DNA of 42,799 nucleotides, taken from positions 1-42,799 of the IMG/VR virus record IMGVR_UViG_3300048575_000415; one strand, given 5' to 3'. Shown piece by piece: positions 1 to 8,667 of this stretch. The position numbers were made by a program, and so were the translations under genes. The notes under the pieces were generated by a model. That model did no database searches and was not told the DNA's origin. It was given only the letters and a program-made list of their open reading frames with translations. Position 1 is the first letter of the stretch. Each line of letters opens with the position of its first letter. The stretch comes from a virus. Lineage: Duplodnaviria > Caudoviricetes.

Positions 1-1215
1 TCAGCGGCTGTTCCGGCGCGCCAAACGCAGCTCGGCAACCCGCGTGGATTTCTCCAATCCAGAGCGATCGTAATGCTTCGACGTCCGCAGCTGCGTGTGG
101 GTCGCAGACTTCATGACGTCCACCGGGGTCGCCCCGGCGTCGTAGGCTTCCGTCACCGCGCCGGCGCGGGAATCCATGTTCCACACGTCGTCGGGGATTC
201 CTGCGGCCCGCGCAATCAGCCGAAAGCGGTCGGCGAAGTGTCGGGTCGAATACGGACGCCCGGTTGATTCGTCCTTGATCACCGGCCCCACCATGTCGGC
301 ATCGGCCAGCTCGGCGACGACATCGGCGAACAGCGACAGGTCGTGCTCGGAGATCTCGTTGCCATTCGATTTGGACGTTGGCTTTCGCAGGACGAGATCC
401 CGCGACAGGTGCTCGCCCCAGAGCAGCCCCCACTGCCACCGCTTGCCGTGGTAGCTGATGCCACCGGCGACCGGCTTACCGTCCTCCCGGACCCACTCCC
501 CGATCACATCCTTCTGCCGCAACATCGCGGCGAACTGGATGGCGATCGCGCGAGCCATGCTCGGGAAGCCCAATTCGCGAGCCTTCGCCCGGAATGCCGT
601 CACCTGGCCGAAGCTCATGCGTTGCCGCCGCTTCGATGGATTCTCGAACTCCATATCCGACAGGATCTGCGTCAGCTGCAGGCACGCGTTGTCTCGCAAC
701 TCCCCGCCGAACTTCACCACGATGCGGAGCAGCTGGATGCAGCCGTAGGCCGTCCGCCCGTAATCAGGCCCTAGAGGCCCTTCCGGGTGGCGCCAGGCCT
801 TGTACCAGCGTCGGACGTCCCGCCCGTTCACCGCGTCGATACGGCGGTCTCCGACGGTCGCCTTCAGCTTCTTGAGGTAGCTGTCGTATGTGCGCCGAGT
901 AGCCTCGCGGACCTCACGGTACGGCGATTCCTCGTCGGTCTGGTACATGTCGACGAGCCAGGCCACCGTCCCCTGTGGGCTCAGCATCGGCCTAGCGTGG
1001 CCGCCGGCCGCCCAGTCGAGCATCTGCGCCTGAAGCCGGAGGCACTGCGCCACCATCTCGGCCCGATCGCTCTCCGTGTCGTCGTAGTGCAACCTCACTG
1101 TTTTCGGGGTGTACCCGCGTTTGACCATCGCGGGTGGCGCGACCCAGTAGTGGTCGACCCTCCCGCTCTTGCGCTTCAGGCTCTTAAGCCCGGGCGCGTC
1201 GCTTTGCTGTGGCAT
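1..1215 (-). CDS. int: Tyrosine recombinase / phage integrase
   Basis: Likely start ATG at 1215 (MPQQSDAPG). Catalytic-like residues LRQKD (R), TSKS (K), MDSR (HxxR position), ATH and HYDR (Y). Lies at the prophage edge. Confidence 0.9.
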   Translation of the reverse strand: MPQQSDAPGLKSLKRKSGRVDHYWVAPPAMVKRGYTPKTVRLHYDDTESDRAEMVAQCLRLQAQMLDWAAGGHARPMLSPQGTVAWLVDMYQTDEESPYREVREATRRTYDSYLKKLKATVGDRRIDAVNGRDVRRWYKAWRHPEGPLGPDYGRTAYGCIQLLRIVVKFGGELRDNACLQLTQILSDMEFENPSKRRQRMSFGQVTAFRAKARELGFPSMARAIAIQFAAMLRQKDVIGEWVREDGKPVAGGISYHGKRWQWGLLWGEHLSRDLVLRKPTSKSNGNEISEHDLSLFADVVAELADADMVGPVIKDESTGRPYSTRHFADRFRLIARAAGIPDDVWNMDSRAGAVTEAYDAGATPVDVMKSATHTQLRTSKHYDRSGLEKSTRVAELRLARRNSR

Positions 1216-1504
1216 TCCAATTCTCCTTTCCGTCGGCAATAGCCGGCACAGCAGAGTCGCGCAGGCCGGCGCGGCTGTCGAGCCACGCCCGCACCGCGGG
1301 CCAGTAGCGCCGGCCGACAAGAGGATCGGGTTGAGGGAGGCCATAGCGCGCCCACGTCACGGCAAGCGCGTTCCATTCGTTCAGCGCGCGCCGCCCTGGT
1401 CCCAAGACCGCCTCGGCGATCTGGGCCTCCTTCGGGTAGAGCGGCAGGGCTGCTGAACGAGCGGGAGCAACCGCGAACTGCGGTCCCACTACTTCATCAT
1501 TCAT
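1184..1504 (-). CDS. Excisionase-like small DNA-binding protein
   Basis: Overlaps the integrase start. GLPQPDPLVGRRYWPAVRAWLD segment resembles Xis-like winged-helix proteins. Start codon uncertain (1504 or 1525). Confidence 0.6.
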   Translation of the reverse strand: MNDEVVGPQFAVAPARSAALPLYPKEAQIAEAVLGPGRRALNEWNALAVTWARYGLPQPDPLVGRRYWPAVRAWLDSRAGLRDSAVPAIADGKENWNATAKRRARA

Positions 1505-1506
1505 TC

Positions 1507-1607
1507 TGGGATATTCCCCTGACACAGCGCCACCAGCTGGCGCCGATTTGCCGTGTCAGGATAGTGGGTAATTCCCCACTGTCAATATGATGTTGGGGTT
1601 TACCCCC
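1507..1607. promoter_or_regulatory. Left operator cluster (three operators) and leftward promoter PL
   Basis: TGGG-N6-CCCN at 1507-1520, 1565-1578 and 1594-1607. Minus-strand TTGACA (1585-1580), 16 bp, TATCCT (1563-1558), with an operator filling the spacer. Confidence 0.75.
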
Positions 1608-1611
1608 TTTG

Positions 1612-2349
1612 CTACCGAAGCCGGGACCATCGGCCGATCACCTGCCCAATGACGCGCACTCTGTCGTGAGGCCGACGGTATGGCGCCACAGATGGGTTCT
1701 CCGAGATGATCTCGATCTGAATAGGCTCCTCGTCGCGAACGACACGGAGGCGCTTCACAATTGGGCCGTCCCCCTCGTCGAGCATATAGATCTCGCCTGC
1801 CTTGATGGAGGTGGTCTGCGTGTCCACCATTACGCGGTCCCCCGGCGCGAGCGCTGGCAGCATCGAGGTGCCTCGCACGGGCAGAACAACGACCTGCTGA
1901 GGATCTGCACCCAACTCCGATTTGGGAATGACCCATTCCTGAGTTACGCGATGGCCGGAGACGATACCGCCTGAATGGATTGGCACCACGTCTCCGACCA
2001 CACCTTGCCCGGCCCCGGCTTCCGCATCGATCTCCGGCGCCGCGCCAGCAAGCCGCGGTCTGTAGTAGCCGCCACCCTCATAGGCCTGAAGGTCGACTGG
2101 CCCGGTCGTTACCCGCTCTGCATCCTCAATGGATATGACGCTCGGCTCGTCGCGCATGATCCATTCGACGCTTCGCCCGAAATGGTTGGCGATGCGCTGC
2201 ATTCGCTCACTGCTCGGCACCTGACCGCGCGAGAGAACGTCACGGAAGTAGGTTTCGTTGAATCCGACGGCGAGGCTGGCGGCTTTCTTGTTGCCGCTGT
2301 AGCGCTCGTCGATCAGGTGCTGAAGGCGCGTTTTCCAAGAGTTTGTCAT
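1612..2349 (-). CDS. CI-like phage repressor (HTH + S24 peptidase)
   Basis: N-terminal HTH (KKAASLAVGFNETYFRDVL). C-terminal VRGTSMLP...IVKRL Ser/Lys autoprotease motifs. Divergent from the Cro-like gene. Confidence 0.9.
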   Translation of the reverse strand: MTNSWKTRLQHLIDERYSGNKKAASLAVGFNETYFRDVLSRGQVPSSERMQRIANHFGRSVEWIMRDEPSVISIEDAERVTTGPVDLQAYEGGGYYRPRLAGAAPEIDAEAGAGQGVVGDVVPIHSGGIVSGHRVTQEWVIPKSELGADPQQVVVLPVRGTSMLPALAPGDRVMVDTQTTSIKAGEIYMLDEGDGPIVKRLRVVRDEEPIQIEIISENPSVAPYRRPHDRVRVIGQVIGRWSRLR

Positions 2350-2351
2350 GG

Positions 2352-2429
2352 TGGGATTTTGCCCATTGAAGGAGCAAAAGTCTTGTGGGTAATTCCCCAT
2401 TGACGCAAGGGGGTGTTCCCCATTATGTA
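2352..2429. promoter_or_regulatory. Right operator cluster (three operators) and rightward promoter PR
   Basis: (T/G)GGG-N6-CCCA at 2352-2365, 2386-2399 and 2409-2422. TTGACG at 2400-2405 and a -10-like TTATGTA at 2423-2429, just upstream of the cro ATG. Confidence 0.75.
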
Positions 2430-2435
2430 GTCCCC

Positions 2436-2648
2436 ATGACCAAGACCGACGCGCTCCTCACTCGCATCAAGCAGCACTGCCTGACCTGCGGCATCGCCGA
2501 AACGACGTTCGGCCGAATCGCCGTGAACGACGGCAAGCTCGTTCCGCGGCTTCGCGCGGGACGTTCGATCACGCTCGCCACCCTTGAGCGCGTCGAGACG
2601 TTCATCGCCGACCATCAGGTCGCGGACCAATCCAGCAGCGCAGGCTGA
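2436..2648 (+). CDS. Cro-like small HTH regulator
   Basis: 70 aa, divergent from CI. IAETTFGRIAVNDGKLVPRLRAGRSITLATLERV is typical of alphaproteobacterial phage Cro-like proteins. Confidence 0.75.
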   Translation: MTKTDALLTRIKQHCLTCGIAETTFGRIAVNDGKLVPRLRAGRSITLATLERVETFIADHQVADQSSSAG

Positions 2649-2658
2649 GAAAACCAAC

Positions 2659-3186
2659 ATGACCGAGTTCCGGACCAGCGGGGGCTGTCCGGCGCGGCAG
2701 GAGGGCGGGGCGCCTCCCGCCTCGCCCTCCATCGAACTGACCCTCCCGATCCCGCCGAGCGTGAACGCGATGTTCCGCAATGTGCGCGGCGTCGGACGGG
2801 TGAAGAGCAAGGCTTATCTCGACTGGCTCGGCCACGCTGGCTGGGTGCTGCGCTCGCAGCGACCTGGCGCGATCAAAGGGCGCGTCCTCGTCGTCGTGTC
2901 GGCGGAACAGGCCGGCACCGCGAGCGACATCGACAACCGGATCAAAGCGCTCTTCGACCTCTTGGTGAGCCAGGGCGTGATCGAGGACGACCGTTTCGTC
3001 GTCGGCTTCTGCGCCGCCTGGGCGCCGCCGGCGAACCGAATGGCGCGCGTCATGATCATCCCGGCCGCCTCGCTCGACTTCACTTTTCACCTGGCTGGCG
3101 ACGGCGCGCATGGCGGGTGGTTCCTCAAAACGCCGAACGAGGATTTCGATGATTTCCCTGTCCAACCTGAAGCGGATGTCGGCTGA
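2659..3186 (+). CDS. rusA: RusA-family Holliday junction resolvase
   Basis: LPIPPSVN, DIDNRIKALFDLL and IEDDRFV motifs. Confidence 0.85.
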   Translation: MTEFRTSGGCPARQEGGAPPASPSIELTLPIPPSVNAMFRNVRGVGRVKSKAYLDWLGHAGWVLRSQRPGAIKGRVLVVVSAEQAGTASDIDNRIKALFDLLVSQGVIEDDRFVVGFCAAWAPPANRMARVMIIPAASLDFTFHLAGDGAHGGWFLKTPNEDFDDFPVQPEADVG

Positions 3187-3964
3187 CCAGCCGCCCCGGA
3201 TCCTGGTCTACGGCTCTCCGGGCATCGGCAAGACGACTCTGGCGAGCGAGTTCCCCTCGCCGATCTTCCTGCAGATCGAGGACGGCACACCTGGCGACGT
3301 CGAGATCTCCGGCTGGGGTCGGTCGGACCTCGTCGGCTTCAATGACGTGATGGACGCGGTCGGTTCGCTCTACAGCGATGAGCACGAGTTCAAGACGATC
3401 GTGGTCGACAGCGTCACCGAACTGCAGCGCCTGGTGTTCGCCGAGACCTGTGCTCGCGGCGACGAGAAAGGCAACGCGAAGTCCAACATCGAGGATTTCG
3501 GCTACGGCAAGGGCTACGTCTACGCTCAGCGCGTCTGGCAGGAGTTCCTAGACGGCGTGAACGCCCTTCGCCGTGATCGCGGAATGGCGGTCGTGCTGAT
3601 CGCCCACTCGACCGTCGAACGCTTCGACGACCCGGAAACGGTGAGCTACGACCGCTACGAGCTCGACCTGCACAGCAAGTCCGTCGGCATGATCGAGCGC
3701 GACATGGATGCGATCCTGCTGCTCAAGAAGCCCGTCACCGTCCAGAAGGAAGACCAGGGCTTCAACAAAGAGCGGGCGCGCGCCGACGGCGGCAACAGCG
3801 TCTTCATCCACACCAGCGGCCGGCCGGCCTTCATCGCCAAGAACCGCTACGGGATGCCCGACAAGGTACTCTACCAGCGCGGCGCCGGGTATGCGGAGCT
3901 GGCAAAGTATCTGCCTTCCGGCGGCACGGCCGAACCCACCAAGAAGAATGCCAAGGCGGCGTGA
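3149..3964 (+). CDS. AAA_24 / Sak4-like ATPase (recombination)
   Basis: Walker A GSPGIGKT, Walker B IVVDS, LIAH and AKNRY motifs. Directly precedes an SSB-like gene. Confidence 0.85.
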   Translation: MISLSNLKRMSADQPPRILVYGSPGIGKTTLASEFPSPIFLQIEDGTPGDVEISGWGRSDLVGFNDVMDAVGSLYSDEHEFKTIVVDSVTELQRLVFAETCARGDEKGNAKSNIEDFGYGKGYVYAQRVWQEFLDGVNALRRDRGMAVVLIAHSTVERFDDPETVSYDRYELDLHSKSVGMIERDMDAILLLKKPVTVQKEDQGFNKERARADGGNSVFIHTSGRPAFIAKNRYGMPDKVLYQRGAGYAELAKYLPSGGTAEPTKKNAKAA

Positions 3965-3975
3965 GGGAGGCGAAA

Positions 3976-4515
3976 ATGGCTGATCTGGGATTTGACTACG
4001 ATGCACCGACCGAGGAGCCGGTCAGCAACTTCGATCCGCTGCCTGCGGGCGACTATGTCGCCCAGGTTATCGCGTCGGAGATCAAGGACACACGCAATCA
4101 CACCGGCAAGATCCTGGCGCTTACCTGGGAGGTTATCGACGGTCCGTTTGAGCGTCGCCAGTTCTGGCAGAACATCAACTACCTCAACGACAGTCCGAAG
4201 GCGCAGGAGATCGGGCGGAAACAGCTCGACGAAGTCGCCTATTCCACCGGTGTGACGCGTCTGACCGACACCGACGACCTGCACTTCAAGCCGTGTCTAG
4301 TGCGCCTGAAGGTGTCGCCGGCGCAGGGCGACTTCCCCTCGAAGAATGAGGTCGCGACGGTCAAGCGCATCGGCTCGACGAGCACACCGCGGCGGCAGGA
4401 GCCCCAGCGGCACGCGGAACCCGAGGCGCGTGCAGAGACGCCTCCGACGCGTTCGGCATCCAGCCAGCGGCCGGCAGCTTCCGGCGATAATCGACCCTGG
4501 ACGAAGCGAGCGTGA
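3976..4515 (+). CDS. DUF669-like single-stranded DNA-binding protein
   Basis: FDPLPAGDY...WEVIDGPFERRQFW...KNEV core and a low-complexity tail ending PW. Canonical position after the Sak4-like gene; GGAGG RBS. Confidence 0.75.
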   Translation: MADLGFDYDAPTEEPVSNFDPLPAGDYVAQVIASEIKDTRNHTGKILALTWEVIDGPFERRQFWQNINYLNDSPKAQEIGRKQLDEVAYSTGVTRLTDTDDLHFKPCLVRLKVSPAQGDFPSKNEVATVKRIGSTSTPRRQEPQRHAEPEARAETPPTRSASSQRPAASGDNRPWTKRA

Positions 4516-4583
4516 TCCCTCGGCCGGCGGACTGACGCCGGCCAGTTCCCCCTGTCTGTCCTGATGGACGTCGCACGAGGACC

Positions 4584-4826
4584 GTGACGATGATCGATAC
4601 CACCTTGCCCAAACGCTTCCGGCTGCAGTTCCTCGCAACCGGCGGGGCCATCATTCAGTACGACACCCACGGCACCGTATTTGCAGCCTTCACCACGCCC
4701 AGCGACATGCTGACCTACCTTGCCGATGCCTTCGGCCTGGAGCCGATGTACGGCGGATTCCGCAAGAAGTTCGTGCCGCCGGTAAACGCCCTCCCCTTGA
4801 TCGAGGAGGGCACCGTCAATGGCTGA
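4584..4826 (+). CDS. Hypothetical phage protein
   Basis: 80-aa ORF overlapping the next gene start, with phage-like codon usage. Confidence 0.55.
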   Translation: MTMIDTTLPKRFRLQFLATGGAIIQYDTHGTVFAAFTTPSDMLTYLADAFGLEPMYGGFRKKFVPPVNALPLIEEGTVNG

Positions 4827-5511
4827 GTTCATCTATCTCGATATCGAGACTCTGCCGACACAGGACGGCGCGATCCGCGAGAAGATCGCCGCCGGCGTTC
4901 AGCCGCCCGGCAACATCTCCAAGGCCGAGACCATCGCGAAGTGGGAAGCCGAAACGAAGCCCCTCGCGGTCAAGAAGGCGGTGGCTGAGACGTCGTTCGA
5001 CGGCGGGCTCGGGCACGTCTGCTGCATCGGCTGGGCGGTAGGCGAAGCCAACCCCGAGGCACTCATCATCGACAAGGTGCGGGATGAGGCCGCGATGATG
5101 CGCGGCGCGTTCGACGCCATCGCCAAGGCGCGCAGCCACTACGCCGCTCCGGTGATCGTCGGGCACAACGTCGCCGCCTTCGACATTCGGTTCCTCTGGC
5201 AACGGGCCTTCGCGCTCGGCGTCGTGATGCCGCCCTGGTTTCCGCGCGACCCGAAGCCTTGGTCGGAGGCCGTCCACGACACGATGGCGATGTGGGCCGG
5301 CGCGCGCGACAGCATCAGCATGGACCGGCTGTGCGCCGCGCTCGGCCTCGACGGCAAGGGAAACGGCATCAGCGGCGCCGAAGTGGCCGATCGCTGGGCC
5401 GCCGGAGAGTTCGAGAAGATCGCCCAGTACTGCGCTGACGACGTCGCCCGGACGCGCGCGATCCATCGGAAGATGCTGATCGCCATGGGCCAGATCGAGG
5501 TGGCGGCATGA
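4819..5511 (+). CDS. DEDD 3'-5' exonuclease (PolB-exo/RNase H-like)
   Basis: YLDIET, GHNVAAFDIRFL and YCADDV motifs (ExoI/II/III). Confidence 0.85.
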   Translation: MAEFIYLDIETLPTQDGAIREKIAAGVQPPGNISKAETIAKWEAETKPLAVKKAVAETSFDGGLGHVCCIGWAVGEANPEALIIDKVRDEAAMMRGAFDAIAKARSHYAAPVIVGHNVAAFDIRFLWQRAFALGVVMPPWFPRDPKPWSEAVHDTMAMWAGARDSISMDRLCAALGLDGKGNGISGAEVADRWAAGEFEKIAQYCADDVARTRAIHRKMLIAMGQIEVAA

Positions 5512-7148
5512 CCTCGCTTCGGCCCTATCAGCAGGACGCGATCAATGCCGTCTTCGACTTCTGGGGCTCCGGCGGAGGCAATCCCCTGGTCGAGATGGCG
5601 ACGGGCACCGGCAAGTCCGTCGTGATCGCCGATCTCGCGCGACAGGTCTGCCAGTACCCCAGCCTGCGGGTGTTGATGCTCGTCCACGTCCGCGAGCTCG
5701 TCGAACAGAACTACCTGGCGCTCCGGCGGGTGTGGCCGGACGCACCCGCCGGCATCTACTCGGCGGGTCTCGGCCGACGTGACGCTTACCACCGGATCAC
5801 GTTCGCCTCGATCCAGAGCGTCTACAAGAAGGCGGCCATGCTCGGGCCACGTCAGGTCGTCTTCGTCGACGAGGCGCACCTGATACCGCTGGCGGGCGGC
5901 GGCATGTATCGCGAGCTGCTCATGCGGCTGCGCGACATGGATCCGGAGATGCGCGTCGTCGGGTTCACCGCAACGCCCTATCGCCTCGACAGTGGCCGGC
6001 TCGATCAGGGCGACGGCGCGCTGTTCGACGAGACGGTCTATTCCTACGGCATCGGGCCAGCGATCAGCGACGGCTACCTCTCGCCGTTGATCAGCAAGGC
6101 ATCGGCGACCGAGATCGATGTTTCTGGCGTGGCTCGGCGTGGTGGCGAGTTCGTCGCCGGCGCGCTCGAGGCTGCCGCCGATCTTGACCACCTCACGCAA
6201 TCCGCAGCGCGCGAGATCACCGAGTTCGGCGCCGATCGCCGGTCGTGGCTGGTGTTCTGCACCGGCATCAAACACGCCTTCAACGTCCGCGATGCACTTC
6301 GTGGGCTCGGCGTCTCCGCCGAGACGATCACCGGTGAGACTCCCGCGCAGGAGCGGGCGGGCATAATCCGAGCGTTCAAGGAAGGGCGGATTCGTTGCCT
6401 GACGAACGCTCAGGTTCTCACGACTGGCTTCGATGCCCCCGCCGTCGACCTCGTCGCCATGCTGCGCCCGACGCTCTCGACTGGCCTCTATGTCCAGATT
6501 GTCGGACGCGGCACCCGCCTCGCCGTCGGGAAGGCCAACTGCCTGGTTCTCGATTTCGCCGGCAACGTCCGCCGGCACGGCCCCGTCGACACCATCGAGA
6601 TCAAGCCGAAGCGCGAGAAGGGTGAGGGCTCGAGCGAAGCCGAGGCCAAGGTCACAGTCGACAGCGAGCGGGCAAAAAAGTGCCCCTCCTGCGAAAGCTT
6701 GATCGCGGTGAACGCGCGGATCTGCCCCCACTGCGAGCACGTTTTCCCGGCGCCGTTGAAGCCCAAGCATCAGGCTCAGGCCGAGGCGATCCCGATCCTG
6801 TCGACCGAGAGGACCGCGGCGGAAGAGATCCCGGTGCTTTTGTGGTCCGCGCGCCGGCATACGAAGCCTGGAGCGCCCGACAGCTTGCGCGTCGAGTATA
6901 TGGCGGGCCTGCAGGCCATCCCGGAATGGGTGTTGCTCGAGCACGGCGGTTTCCCGGGCCAGAAGGCGCAGCGGTGGTGGTCGAAGCACGGCGGCATGAT
7001 GCCGGCACCGCGCACCGTGGCCGAGGCTCTCGCACGCTGGGACGAACTGACGCAGCCGCTCGCGATCACCGCTCGCCGATCAGGCCGGTGGTGGGAGATC
7101 CTCGGCTGCAAGATGCCGCCGGTGCGCACGCGGGAGGCCGCGGAATGA
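5508..7148 (+). CDS. SF2 DEAH helicase with C-terminal zinc ribbon (YejH/RadD-like)
   Basis: LRPYQ, ATGTGKS, DEAH, TATP, LTTGFD, QIVGRGTR and CPSC...CPHC motifs. Confidence 0.92.
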   Translation: MTSLRPYQQDAINAVFDFWGSGGGNPLVEMATGTGKSVVIADLARQVCQYPSLRVLMLVHVRELVEQNYLALRRVWPDAPAGIYSAGLGRRDAYHRITFASIQSVYKKAAMLGPRQVVFVDEAHLIPLAGGGMYRELLMRLRDMDPEMRVVGFTATPYRLDSGRLDQGDGALFDETVYSYGIGPAISDGYLSPLISKASATEIDVSGVARRGGEFVAGALEAAADLDHLTQSAAREITEFGADRRSWLVFCTGIKHAFNVRDALRGLGVSAETITGETPAQERAGIIRAFKEGRIRCLTNAQVLTTGFDAPAVDLVAMLRPTLSTGLYVQIVGRGTRLAVGKANCLVLDFAGNVRRHGPVDTIEIKPKREKGEGSSEAEAKVTVDSERAKKCPSCESLIAVNARICPHCEHVFPAPLKPKHQAQAEAIPILSTERTAAEEIPVLLWSARRHTKPGAPDSLRVEYMAGLQAIPEWVLLEHGGFPGQKAQRWWSKHGGMMPAPRTVAEALARWDELTQPLAITARRSGRWWEILGCKMPPVRTREAAE

Positions 7149-7152
7149 TCCG

Positions 7153-7491
7153 TCAGCCTTCCACCGCCCGTTTCAGCACCTCGCCCATTCGGGTCTGCCA
7201 GCCGTCGCCGGTCGCGCGCCACTTGGCGACAACGTCCGGTTCCAGCCTGAGCGCAACCTGGACCTTAACCGGTCGACGGCCTGGCCCTCGCTGGCCACGC
7301 GCTCGCCGCACCAGATCAGGAACGACTTCAGTCGCAGGGCGCATCGCCTTGAGCTGGGCGTCGGTCAGCGGGAGGTTGTCCGGATCGCTCGCCGCCGCCG
7401 CTGTGATGGCAGCGTCCTCGGCGGGTGTCATCGCCGCGAGCGCGGCCTTGGCACGGGCCCGTGCCTTGTCCCGTTCAGATAGCGTCGACAT
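7153..7491 (-). CDS. brnA: BrnA-family antitoxin
   Basis: C-terminal KVQVALRLEPDVVAKWRATGDGWQTRM ribbon-helix-helix motif. Overlaps the brnT stop. Confidence 0.85.
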   Translation of the reverse strand: MSTLSERDKARARAKAALAAMTPAEDAAITAAAASDPDNLPLTDAQLKAMRPATEVVPDLVRRARGQRGPGRRPVKVQVALRLEPDVVAKWRATGDGWQTRMGEVLKRAVEG

Positions 7492-7741
7492 AGCGCTTGA
7501 TCTCCCTCGCATTTGCCTTGCGCAGGCTGATGACGCGGACGTTGTCGCCGCGCTGTGTGTAGGTCACGGCGTGGATCCGTTCGCCGATGAAGCCCAAAGC
7601 GACGTAGCGGACTTCACCATAGTCGCGGCGGTCGTCGACGGAAATCAGAGCGGTCTCGAACTCGAAGCCGACGACTGCGGCGAAATCGACGCCGTGCTTG
7701 GCGCTGTTCGCCTGCCGTTTCGTCTCGTCCCACTCGAACAT
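7475..7741 (-). CDS. brnT: BrnT-family ribonuclease toxin
   Basis: MFEWDETKRQANSAKHGVDF...GEVRY...RVISLRKANAREIKRY signature. Confidence 0.9.
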   Translation of the reverse strand: MFEWDETKRQANSAKHGVDFAAVVGFEFETALISVDDRRDYGEVRYVALGFIGERIHAVTYTQRGDNVRVISLRKANAREIKRYVDAI

Positions 7742-7769
7742 CACCACACCCTGCGCTCTAGCGAGCGGA

Positions 7770-7809
7770 AATGTAGATGCAAAAAGATCATCAGTCAATC
7801 TTTTTGCAT
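7770..7809 (-). promoter_or_regulatory. brnTA promoter overlapped by a perfect 12-bp inverted repeat (probable autoregulatory operator)
   Basis: ATGCAAAAAGAT (7777-7788), 9 bp, ATCTTTTTGCAT (7798-7809). Minus-strand TTGACT (7798-7793), 17 bp, TACATT (7775-7770). Confidence 0.7.
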
Positions 7810-7872
7810 ATGCAAAGAAATGAAGCGCCACGCCCTGCCGGTCGGTAGCGGCTTCAAACTGGAGGCTGCCGA

Positions 7873-8310
7873 ATGACGCTCTGGCAGAGAATGACGGCCC
7901 GCGAACGTGCCAGCGCCGTGCGCTCCGGGGTGGCGGATGGTCTCAGCCACTCCGAGATCGGCGCGCTCTACGGCTGCTCTCGTAACGCCAGCATCGGCGT
8001 CGCGCATCGCAACGGCATTCGGTCGCTCCAAAGCTCCTCCTTGCCTGCTCCGCAGCCGAAACCACGAAGGGTGCCGAAGCCAGCCAAGGTGCAGTGGAAG
8101 GCACCGACCACCGTGATAGCCGTGGTGCCGCCGACACCGTCGGCGCAGGCCGAAAGCCTACGCATCCGCTTTGTCGATCGCGCCGGGACCTGCGCCTGGC
8201 TGGACGGTGAGCGTGGCGCCGACGGTCTCGCGACCTGCTGCGGGCACCCGGCTGAAGTCGGCTCCTGGTGTGGCAGGCACGCCCGCCTCGTCTATCGCGA
8301 GGCGTCGTGA
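7873..8310 (+). CDS. GcrA-family transcriptional regulator
   Basis: GLSHSEIGALYGCSRNASIGVAHRNGI N-terminal HTH and CAWLDG...CCGHP...WCGRHARLVY C-terminal Cys/His domain match the GcrA pattern. Confidence 0.75.
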   Translation: MTLWQRMTARERASAVRSGVADGLSHSEIGALYGCSRNASIGVAHRNGIRSLQSSSLPAPQPKPRRVPKPAKVQWKAPTTVIAVVPPTPSAQAESLRIRFVDRAGTCAWLDGERGADGLATCCGHPAEVGSWCGRHARLVYREAS

Positions 8311-8660
8311 TGCCGATCGACGTGTCGAACCAAGGGCTGTGCGCCATTTGCCGGCGCATCGACAAGGGCCTGGCCGTCCTCCGGTCTGGTCGCCTGCTCT
8401 GGGTCTGCGACGACCCGGAGTGCCTCGAAATCGCTGATAGGGCCGGCACCATGAAGCAGGACGAGTTCACCCGCCTTGAGGCCGAGGCCGCCATTCAGGG
8501 CTGCGGCAACGCAATGGGCCAGTTCCTCGACGAGGCCGGCTATGGCCATCTCTTCGCTGACGTGCCGGCGGATGTTTGGGCGCAGGCGCAGAAGGTCGGA
8601 ATTGCTGGATACCGGCGCGAATTGAAGCGCCTGGTCGACAGCAATGCCGCGCCGTTTTGA
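8310..8660 (+). CDS. Hypothetical phage protein with an N-terminal Cys cluster
   Basis: TGATG-coupled to the GcrA-like gene. CAIC...CDDPEC; ends APF just before the primase. Confidence 0.65.
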   Translation: MPIDVSNQGLCAICRRIDKGLAVLRSGRLLWVCDDPECLEIADRAGTMKQDEFTRLEAEAAIQGCGNAMGQFLDEAGYGHLFADVPADVWAQAQKVGIAGYRRELKRLVDSNAAPF

Positions 8661-8667
8661 GGATGCC

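Noticed and set aside
6680-7876. 398-aa ORF spanning the helicase end and brnTA
   Set aside because: Overlaps three well-supported genes; only its last 18 codons may be meaningful.
8088-8098. Partial GGTGCAGTG match inside the GcrA-like gene (another partial match near 29479)
   Set aside because: Incomplete decamer, no -10 box at the conserved spacing, and intragenic without a nearby gene start.
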